A stretch of 51,238 nt of DNA, filler included, from Circinaria calcarea (Eukaryota): the NCBI GenBank assembly GCA_051942165.1. It is 3 parts of 3 records of this genome, joined end to end, with 100 filler letters (N's around TTAATTAATTAA, not from the genome) between each part and the next. Parts side by side here need not be neighbours in the genome. Positions count along the whole stretch, not along the records: positions 34,233 to 51,238 come from JAVECS010000293.1; 2 more parts are not named here. One strand, written 5' to 3'. A program made the translations under genes and the position numbers. Shown one piece after another: positions 41,750-51,238 of the stretch. The notes under the pieces were generated by a model. That model did not search any database and was not told the origin of the DNA. It saw only the letters and a list, made by a program, of their open reading frames with translations. The stretch's first letter is position 1. Every line of letters starts with the position of its first letter.

Positions 41750-42776
41750 GGCTGAGGGAATGGGCGATGATCTTTGCTAGGTAGTGAGTGTCTAAGGCGA
41801 TAGTAAAAATAGTTCAGCATATATTCCTGAATTCCAAGAAACAAAGCTTCTCACCCTATCGCTTAACGGGATTGCTGCCTTCCTCCAGTATCTTTTCAAT
41901 AGAATTAACTCTCGGGCGGCGATGATATAGCCTGATGCAAATTAGATAATGAGCATCTTAAACCCTCGGCCTTTATATAAGGTCCATGCGCGGCAATAGA
42001 AGGCTCCTTTCGATTTGATACATGGGACGATTCGAATTTTCTTCTTTCGGAACATATTCGAGGCATTGGCGCCAATTGCGGTTGCCGTACAGTTACAGCT
42101 TTACCGCAACTTGGGTTCAGTCGCAGACTTTTCCGATACATCCGATACGATTATGTCACACATGTGGTTTCGCTGCTGTGTGCGACGACCAAAGGGCATT
42201 GCTACTCGTAGCAGTGGCATGAAGCGATCAGCCGTGGGGGGAAAAGTAGTCCCCGCAGTTGGGTAATCCCGGAAGGCGTCCCGCCGGTAGATCTCAGGGA
42301 CCGGCACACTCGATGAACCATACATTCCAACGTTCTCGTCCCAGGGCGGCGGGACGAGAAGAGGTCGTGAGCGGTACAATTAGCACTTCCATGTGTATGT
42401 ACCATTGCATCAGAGGCGTGCTATCACCAGAAGGGCTGACTTCCCTGGGTTAGCTTTGTGTACCATGGCCACTACCCGTTGCCCCTAAGCCATCGAAGAC
42501 GAATGGAATCTCAGTCTCCTACAGAGGAGAGAAAATGGCGTCTCCGGCCTTGCTTTAGCTTGGGTGTGTCGGTTCATTCGTCATTCCAAATCGTCCATGC
42601 TAACTACCTAGCTATCTTAGGTATGCTGAGTTGGAAGCGAGGTACCGGAGTAGCCGACGCCAGGATGCTCTACCCTGCCTGCATGGTTGTACAGTCGAGG
42701 GAACAGATCTTCCCCCATGAATTGGATGACGAGTATAAGACCATCGCAACGCAACTGATCCCCCACTGGAAAGTTC

Positions 42777-45700
42777 ATGAGCAACCAAGGAGTACCGCCT
42801 TTAGATCCGTCAAAGATGGCTCCTTACCAGAACCATCAGAGTGATGTCTCCATTCTTGACATCCGCCGCAATGAGATCCAATTCTCCATGCTTAATGAGT
42901 TGCACTCGGGCTTACGCCCATCGCAGGGTGGGGAGAAGAGAATGCCGACCATGCTACTCTATGACGAAAAGGGGTTGAAGCTGTTTGAAGATATCACATA
43001 TCTGGAGGAATACTATCTGACCAATGCGGAGATTGAGGTCATTGAACGCTACGCAGATCGCATAGCGGAACGTATACACAACGGATCCCAGGTGGTCGAG
43101 CTGGGAAGCGGGTATGCACTCGCCTCCTGGGCCACATCATCGCCAAATAGAAAAGCTTAAGCGACGCCTGGGCTGCTTGAGCATCAATCACTGATGGCGC
43201 TACAGCAACCTTCGCAAAGTCCACATCCTGCTCCAGGCACTCGATAGGGCGGAGAAGCACATTGATTACTACGCCCTGGATCTGTCACTATCGGAGCTTC
43301 AGAGAACGCTCTTGGCAGTACCAAAGGGGACCTATAACCATGTGCATTGCCATGGACTCCTCGGAACATATGATGATGGACTTGAATGGCTAAAACTACC
43401 ACAGAACGATGCCAAATCCAAGTGTATCCTCCATCTCGGCTCTTCAATCGGAAACTTCAACCGCGAGGAAGCTGCTCAATTCTTAAAAGGTTTCGCCGAG
43501 ACGTTAAAACCCAAAGACGTCATGCTAATAGGGATCGACGGCTGCCAGGACAAGGAAAGAGTCTACCATGCTTACAATGACCGTGAGGGTAAAACCCACG
43601 AGTTTGTACGTAATGGCCTGGTACACGCCAATAAGCTTTTGGGCAATGAGGCTTTCAAACAGACTGATTGGGAGGTTATTGGGGAGTATGACGTGGCAGC
43701 TGGACGCCACCAAGCATTTTATGTTCCTCTCAAGGACGTCGAGTTGGACGGCATCCGTTTCGTGGCCGGAGAAAGAGTACGAATTGAAGAAAGTTACAAA
43801 TATTCCGACATTCAGACCGAGCAACTCTGGGAGGCTGCAGGACTGGCAGCCCAAGCCGTGTTTGGCGACACGACTGGGCAGTATAGTAAGTATGTTTTGC
43901 TTCGGGCTCGCAACATTCGAAAAGCTGAGTTTGACGGCCTCATGCATGAGCACTTCTCCCATTGGTTACTCGTCTTTCTCTGCGTCGGTCGGTACCTACC
44001 TACCTCGCACATGCTGTAATTCGTGTCCTTAAAGGCTCCCCTTATGGCCGGTTTCAACATCATGCTGGGAGAAGTTACTTGACTAACGACATGGTAACTC
44101 TGTCAGGAATCCATATGGTCACGGCGCCAGAGTTCAGCTTCTCGCTCAATCCATTGGAATATGCTTCAAAGCCCGTTCCGACTCTGCATGAGTTCGAGCA
44201 GCTATGGGCAGCTTGGGATACTGTCACGAAACGCATGATTCCAAACGAGGAGCTTCTCTCGAAGCCCATTAAGCTTAGGAACTGTTGCTTGTTCTACCTA
44301 GGTCATATTCCTACGTTCTTAGATATTCATCTTACTCGAGCGACTAACGGCGAGCCGACTGAGCCAAGCTCTTATCCTCGCTTCTTCCAGCGAGGTATCG
44401 ATCCCGATGTCGACAACCCAGAGCAATGTCATGCTCATAGCGAAACTCCAGATTCCTGGCCTCCCGTCCATGAAATTAGGACATTTCAAGAGGCCGTTCG
44501 TGACAGGGCAAGGAAACTGTATGTGACCAACTTGGCTGAAGAGAATCGTAAAGTCGGTCGAGCTCTTTGGATTGGTTTCGAGCACGAAGGTATGTACTCC
44601 AACTATGTTATCAGTGTATTGAATACAAAGCTGAGCATCCGTTATAGCTATGCATCTAGAGACTCTGTTATACATGTTGTTACAAAGTGAGAAAACGGTG
44701 CCGCCTCCAGGAATTCAACCTGACTTCGAAGCCCTCGCTTACCAAGCCCGAACTCATTCGGTCCCTAACCAATGGATCACTGTACCTACCCGTAAGGTAA
44801 TCTTAGGGCTCACTGATGCAGATGGTGGCTTCGGTCCCGACCGATATTTCGGCTGGGACTGTGAGAAACCTGCCCGTTCTGTAACCGTTCCTTCATTTGA
44901 TGCTAAGGCACGTCCAATTACCAATGAAGACTATGGCCGCTACTTGTTGGAAACTCACGGAAATGCACCTCAGGGTTCCTGGCCAGCTTCCTGGACTGTA
45001 CTTTCGCAAAAGGCTGGTCAAGTCAAGCAAAATGGCTTGACACAGCTTCAAAGCAACGGCGGGGCTGCTTACATGAACGGCCATAGCAAGCCGTTGACCG
45101 AGGCCTTTTTGAAGAGCAAAGCTGTCAGAACTGTCTATGGCCCAGTATCATTGCAGTATGCCCTTGATTGGCCGGTCATAGCATCTTATGATGAACTTGC
45201 CGGTTGTGCGAAATGGATGAACGGCCGTATCCCAACAATGGAGGAAGCTCGGAGTCTCTACACTTACGCGGATGAGCTCAAGGCTAAGGATAAAGGAGAA
45301 GTGCGAAATGGAACAATTCCTGCGGTCAATGGGTATGTTCATAAATGATGAAGGCGGGTTACGCCTAACATTTTTGACAGTCATTTATCCAATGACGGGG
45401 TAGAGGAGACTCCGCCATCACACCCTTCTCGTAAGAGCATCTCCAACACTGAATCCGGACTCCATCCCAAGAAGCTCTTCGTCAACCTCGAAGGTTGTGA
45501 CGTAGGTTTCAAACATTTCCATCCGCTTCCCGTGACCCAGAAGGGCGAGAAACTTTCTGGACAAGGCGAAATGGGCGGAGTTTGGGAATGGACCAGTTCA
45601 GTATTGGAGAAACATGATGGATTTGAGCCTATGCCGTTATACCCAGAGTATACAGGTAGGATGCACATGTGCCTTGATCCATGGCCGTTTAAGCTGATTC

Positions 45701-45905
45701 AGCGTAGCGGACTTCTTTGATGGCAAGCACAACATCATCCTTGGCGGATCCTGGGCGACACACCCTCGCATTGCGGGTCGAAAGACTTTGTGAGTCAAAC
45801 TTTGTGACAGCTAGTGATGCAGCTTATAGGTTGTTCAGTATCAACTGGTACCAACGCAATTACCCCTACGTTTGGGCAGGTGCTCGCCTTGTTCGTGACC
45901 TTTAG
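42777..45905 (+). CDS. EGT1: Ergothioneine biosynthesis protein 1 (histidine trimethyltransferase fused to sulfoxide synthase)
   Basis: MPTMLLYDEKGLKLFEDITYLEEYYLT, VELGSG|NLRKV, LGSSIGNF, IEESYKY; then FYLGHIPTF, RGIDPDVD, Fe motif FEHE|AMHLET, GGVWEWTSS, NWYQRNYPYVWAGARLVRDL stop. Six inferred introns. Confidence 0.96.
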
Positions 45906-46943
45906 GTTTCTAACATCACACTCGTTTGATGACTTCGACTAGGGTAGATGTAAAACTACTCATAGGATGGAACTGGACTTTCAACAAGTCCGGTCAAATG
46001 AAATTGGTATGGGCAAACAGTAAGCTGTGAGCGAGGTAAACTGGATAGGGGTATCTCCCTGTTAGAAACTCAAAGATGACCATCCTAAGCCATCACAATT
46101 GCTAGCACTCTGTCTTCACTTTGACCCTATTCCTGGACTTAATATAATCCTCTTTGGAGTTGTAGCTGCTGCTAGGAGTGGCAATGTCAGCTGACGTCGT
46201 CACAGAGCCTGAGCATACAGGTCGGCATGGCTTACTCGATTTCATGACAAGCGCTGCTGCCATCTATGTCCCAGTGTTTCAATCTTCGTCCCTCGTTCCC
46301 TCTTATTCCTTGTTTTGACCGATCCGTACCGAAATTCAAGGGGGGATGGCACAGTCATATCATATCACTAATATCCTCATGCATCGTCTTACTGCATCCT
46401 CGATATTTGACACAATACCATGACTCGAGTTTTATGCTTCGTCTGTTCCAAGAATACGACAAATGAACGAATTTGTCCAACCGACTTCTACGCTACAAAT
46501 GTGTGTATGCGTCGGATGATACCTAAAAAGGAGGGTTGAGCTACCCTCCAGTCGACATGGAAAACCTCACTAGCTTCGGAGTTTTCTTTGTATTATATGC
46601 AAGACACTTAAGTGAACTTCGGTTAACTTTGTACCTTGGTAACCTCGGTTGTTGCCCCCTGACTTGTCTAAACACAACACACACCTCTTCTTTTCACACT
46701 GGTTTTTCCTTGCATCACAGTATTGTATCTACCCAACACTGGTACGCCTGTATCACAACTCATCCTCTTTAACGCTGAGTCCTCATATCATAACCTTGCC
46801 TCTCCAATCATTCTCTCCCTCCAGACACTTCGCTCATCTACTATTCTAGACGAACCCATTTCCGGTTGTGCAACATTGACCCGCTTCCAAAAACCTTCAA
46901 ACCCCACTAGACATTGCTACTTATGAGTCTTACCGCAGGCAAG

Positions 46944-48872
46944 ATGGTAAACGGCCAACTCTACAAGTGGGAAGTATGTTAAGATCCGTTTAGTCTGAAA
47001 ATTAATAAATAACGAAATAAGCTGATACTCGTGGGATAGGACAATCACCGTGGTTTGGGTAAAGCTTCTATCCCCATTGAGTGGCGTTAAGGGATACTGA
47101 TATTTTTGGGCAGACCACAATTGCGGGACGTGCGGAACTACGCTCTCCAGTCCCAGGGCTAGAAAGAGCTGCTTGGGTATTCATGAGGAGGTTTGCACAA
47201 GATATCATGGAACAATGCATTTCACTGGTAAGAAGCTATAACCTGATAATGGCTTGAGACGTGCTGATTTTCTATTTCTGCAGGCAGCTCACACAGATGT
47301 GAAGCGTATGTGTTGAGATTGTACATGTACAATATTAACACGTGCTAAAAGTGATATAGATGCCGAAATACTGTTGAGCTACATGATAAAAGGCACAGGG
47401 AGATCGTAACGATTATCCATAAAATTCAGGGGATCGATGAGGTCGCGGCTTTAGCTTCTGCCAGCGTGTTAGACTCTGGAACTAAGAAGAAAACCAGAAA
47501 GTCCAAGGCTAAGGATCAGGTTGATGAATTTGGTCGGGCCGACACAGTCATTACTTGTGATGAAAAAGGAAAGAGAGATTTCGATATTCTTGTGCAAGTT
47601 GATGACGGAGACAGTGCTGAGACAAGTTTTACAACTCATAAGGGAAAAGACGTTAAAGAAAGGCATACGCCAAACACGGAGGGAAACAAGATCACGAAGA
47701 AAGCAAAGAATGTCGAGAAGCGGTCAAAACGGGATCGGGTGATCACTACGGGAGACCTGAAAATAGTTGATGAAACCTTGCATCCTACCCGAATTCGTCT
47801 TGCGGGAAGTTCTACGGATGACCGCCAAAGAAAGGAGAATCTTCTCTTCAACAACAGGACCATCGAGGCAAACGTTGCCTTCAACGCTCATACCTTCAAG
47901 AATTCCACTCTCCGTCAACCCACCCAGCCCAAAATACAAGCAAGAGAAGACGCAGCTCCCAAGGCCCCTACCAAAGAAGTGACTCTATTGGATGATAATG
48001 CATTAACGCTAATTTTGAGAAAGCTGGATATCTCGACGGATACGTTAACAAGTTCAAAAGAGCGCAAGACCCTCATCACCAGGCTTACAGAAGCCATCCA
48101 AAAAGACCTTACAATCGTTGGAAACGATGAGCGGGATACGATGATGAGGATGGGGGGCTATTGGCGGTATGCAAACAGGCACACGTACAATTCAATGGTT
48201 AAAAACAATGAGCACTGGGATTGGAGTACCGGGCAGAAATTAGAGGAACTCAAAGAGGATGAAGAGGTTGAGGTCGATGGCCAAGCCGATGATCAAAGCA
48301 GCACAAGGATCGCAAGTACGCTGTTGGAAGTCCAGGTGGTCGAGAATCATGATCAATCCTTTGGAGTTGAAGCAGAAAAGCCCGATCATGTCGCAATGGG
48401 GACCGACGACGCTATGGACCTTGCCCAGGCGTACCATGGATTAAGAGATGGACGATATCTGCGACGTCGTCGGCAAAATGATCTTTCTCCGACGGGGGCT
48501 TTATTTCCAGTCACACCGCTGCCCGTCACTCCTAAATGTAAAACTGGCATGAGCAGATCTGATGTCCGATTTGGATCTGCAATAGTGGTGGGAGGGTCAA
48601 CGGAGGACGAGCTGTGCCAAGCCGACGAGGAACAGGCCGATGATGACGATGATGAAGGAGAGGAGGAAGGGCAATCTACGGGACTTTGGACGCCAAACCC
48701 CTACGCCATCCTTGCCAACGCCAATCTTTCCTCCAATGTAGAAAAGAAGTCGAGGAATAAAATTTCAGGTTGCCCAACTATGCAGTCGGTTACATCGAAT
48801 CGGGATAAGTCCAATCCAAGACGGGCGTGGTCGAAAATCGGCTATTACAACTCGCTGTCAAAGGGGCTCTGA
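46944..48872 (+). CDS. Hypothetical protein with N-terminal Cys/His-rich (Zn-binding-like) domain and Trp-rich central motif; 5 exons
   Basis: Exons 46944-46973, 47040-47058, 47114-47227, 47284-47305 and 47360-48872 splice in frame with canonical GT-AG: MVNGQLYKWEDNHRGLDHNCGTCG..SCLGIHEEVCTRYH..HRCEACRN.. then RMGGYWRYANRHTYNSMVKNNEHWDWSTGQKL. Confidence 0.72.
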
Positions 48873-49585
48873 GATGCTGCTGCTGTTGCATGATTCCGCT
48901 ACCTCTCTCTTTTAGTTTTCAAAAAGGTGAAATTGCCAAGCACCACTTTTGGTACAGACGCCAAGGGATTTGAGTTGCAGCTTCCTTGTGGACTGTGGGC
49001 GTCGAGGCACTGTTGTTTGTCTAGTTCGGTATGTATCAGTGGGAAGTTTGTGGAAAATTCGTGCTGGACTTCCGTGAGCCTGCCTTTAAAGGAGTCAGCT
49101 TATCATTTGTTTCTTTTGATATTTTTCGATTGTTCCTACAGATTGATGACTGGATGATTAATTGAACAGAACGATGGATTGGGTCAGATGTAAGGCTGTT
49201 GGACTTTGTCTTCGAGGTGTCCGGGAAGGCTACTATGATGTCTGTACAGTATTAGATGGCATCTTGATCAAGAATAAAGTCTTCAAACATGCACAAAATG
49301 AATCATGATCAGTAGACCCCTTGCTCTGTCACGCTTGCTATCCATCTTCAATCACTTAAACTGTGATAGACTATGTAGTACTGGGTATTTATTATCAGAG
49401 GCCGTTGATGTACCTGAGGCAAAACCTCGGCATGATTTTCTTTGCCACCTCGATAGAACAGGGCTGATAAATCATCCCACTAGCGGGGCAAAGTCTACTA
49501 TGGTATGAGATGTCGATGAACATGTCTTCCTTGACATTATACTCAACTCATACAAGACTTTAAAACTAGTCTCACCATTACCAAA

Positions 49586-51235
49586 ATGTCTATGGATATC
49601 GATGCTCCCGTAGCCCTGGCTCCAAGACCTCTTATACCACAGAACAGCGCCACGCAAGTTCTCTGCTCCAATAACCCAAAGACCATAGCTAATAGGCTTC
49701 ACAGGATACTTTGCTGTAACTGTGGCGCGCCTATCGATGGTACATCCTCTGCTGGTGCCCTATGTTACGACTGCGTCAAACTCACGGTTGATATCTCGGA
49801 GGGAATACAAAGAGAGGCTACAATACATATCTGCAGGGACTGTGAACGATGGCTGCAACCACCGGCGCATTGGATCACAGCCGCGCCTGAATCGAGGGAG
49901 CTCCTTGCTCTGTGCCTACGAAAGCTTCGAGGGCTATCCAAAGTCCGGATAATTGATGCAAGCTTCATATGGACGGAACCTCATTCGCGGCGTGTGAAAG
50001 TAAAGATTACCATTCAACAGGAGGTTTTTCAAGGGACCATCCTGCAGCAGACTTTCGAGGTGGAATATGTCGTGGCATATCATCAGTGTCCAGACTGCGC
50101 AAAATCTTTCACAGCCAACACTTGGAGAGCGGTGGTGCAAGTCCGGCAGAAGGTGCCTCACAAAAGGACGTTTCTGTATCTTGAACAGTTGATCCTCAAA
50201 CACTCGGCCCATAAGGATACTATAAATATCAAGGAAGTCAAAGATGGATTGGACTTCTACTATTCACAACGAAACCATGCAGAAAAATTCGTGGATTTCC
50301 TTACTTCAGTCGCACCCGTCAAAACCAAAAAATCTCAAGAACTCATCTCCATGGATATACATACCTCCTCCAAATCTTACAAGTTCTCTTTTTCCGTCGA
50401 ACTCGTTCCCATCTGTAAGGATGACCTCGTCGCTCTTCCAATAAAGCTAGCGAAACAAATCGGCAACATTGCTCCACTGACGATTTGCTACCGCGTCGGC
50501 ACATCCATAAACCTCCTCGATCCAAGCACACTCCAAACCGCAGATGTCTCCACCCCTATATACTGGCGCTCACCATTCACTGCTCTCGCCGATGTACAAG
50601 AGTTGGTCGAGTTCGTTGTCATGGATATCGAACCTGTCGGTCCACAAAAAGGTCGCTTCATGCTTGCAGAGGCAACCGTAGCTAGAGCGTCTGATCTCGG
50701 CATGAACGACACAACATACTTCACCCGTACCCACCTCGGAAGTGTCCTCCACCCTGGCGACACAGTCATGGGCTACCACCTCACAGGGACAAACTTCAAC
50801 AACCCCCACTTCGAAGCCCTCGAACAAAGCCCCTCCCTCTCCTCCCACATTCCCGACGTTGTCCTTGTCAAGAAGTCCTACGTACGCAAGAAGAAGAGCA
50901 AGGCGCGCAACTGGCGCCTCCGGCGCATGAACAAGGATGAAGGCGAGATGTTACCCAAGAAACAAGACCAGGAGAAGGTGGAGCGCGATTTCGAAATGTT
51001 CTTGAGGGATGTGGAGGAGGATACGGAGCTAAGAAGTACGCTGGCGCTGTACAAAGCGCGAAGGGAGATGCAGGAAAAGAAGGAGGCGAGGGAGAGGATG
51101 GACGGGGTGGAGACTGCGAGTGTGGCGGAGACGGAGGGAACCGAGGGCGAGGGGGATGGAGATGGGGTGCCGAGGATTGAGATGAGCGAGCTGCTGGAAG
51201 AGTTTGAGGAGTTGAGTGTTGGGGGTGAGGAATAA
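49586..51235 (+). CDS. NMD3: 60S ribosomal export adaptor Nmd3
   Basis: ILCCNCG, CYDC, CRDC, WTEPHSRRVKVK, QCPDC, QVRQKVPHKRTFLYLEQLILK and a C-terminal Leu-rich NES-like ELLEEFEELSV. Probable 51-nt GC-AG intron at 49654-49704. Confidence 0.96.
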   Translation: MSMDIDAPVALAPRPLIPQNSATQVLCSNNPKTIANRLHRILCCNCGAPIDGTSSAGALCYDCVKLTVDISEGIQREATIHICRDCERWLQPPAHWITAAPESRELLALCLRKLRGLSKVRIIDASFIWTEPHSRRVKVKITIQQEVFQGTILQQTFEVEYVVAYHQCPDCAKSFTANTWRAVVQVRQKVPHKRTFLYLEQLILKHSAHKDTINIKEVKDGLDFYYSQRNHAEKFVDFLTSVAPVKTKKSQELISMDIHTSSKSYKFSFSVELVPICKDDLVALPIKLAKQIGNIAPLTICYRVGTSINLLDPSTLQTADVSTPIYWRSPFTALADVQELVEFVVMDIEPVGPQKGRFMLAEATVARASDLGMNDTTYFTRTHLGSVLHPGDTVMGYHLTGTNFNNPHFEALEQSPSLSSHIPDVVLVKKSYVRKKKSKARNWRLRRMNKDEGEMLPKKQDQEKVERDFEMFLRDVEEDTELRSTLALYKARREMQEKKEARERMDGVETASVAETEGTEGEGDGDGVPRIEMSELLEEFEELSVGGEE

Positions 51236-51238
51236 GGC

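Noticed and set aside
35357..45905. Ergothioneine gene cluster (amidotransferase + MFS + EGT1)
   Set aside because: The amidotransferase is class I, whereas bacterial EgtC is class II/Ntn. The fungal Egt1/Egt2 route uses cysteine directly, no EGT2 is present, and unrelated genes intervene.

Overview
Eukaryotic DNA from a filamentous ascomycete (Pezizomycotina; a lichen-forming lineage is plausible but only inferred). The window is three contigs of 17017, 17015 and 17006 bp joined by artificial 100-nt N/TTAATTAATTAA spacers, so adjacency across the gaps means nothing. Contig 1: RAD54, a mitochondrial carrier, a NYN/PIN nuclease-like gene, an apparently disabled cytochrome b5-fused sphingolipid delta-8 desaturase, a small secreted Cys protein, a phosphomutase and a truncated His/Gly-rich gene. 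Contig 2: 3' end of a Ca2+/H+ exchanger, a RING-containing SNF2 helicase, MCM6, a secreted repeat protein with Kex2-type sites, and the 3' end of tubulin cofactor D. Contig 3: class I glutamine amidotransferase-like gene, MFS transporter, a frameshifted 5-formyl-THF cyclo-ligase-like pseudogene, a small hydrophilic protein, a KP4-like protein, EGT1, a microexon-built Zn-finger-like gene and NMD3. Best leads: a long, potentially structured intron at the EGT1 domain junction; the double-hit desaturase; the putative peptide precursor; and several unusual splicing features. Family calls come from motif recognition, and intron positions were inferred by eye; no searches were run.
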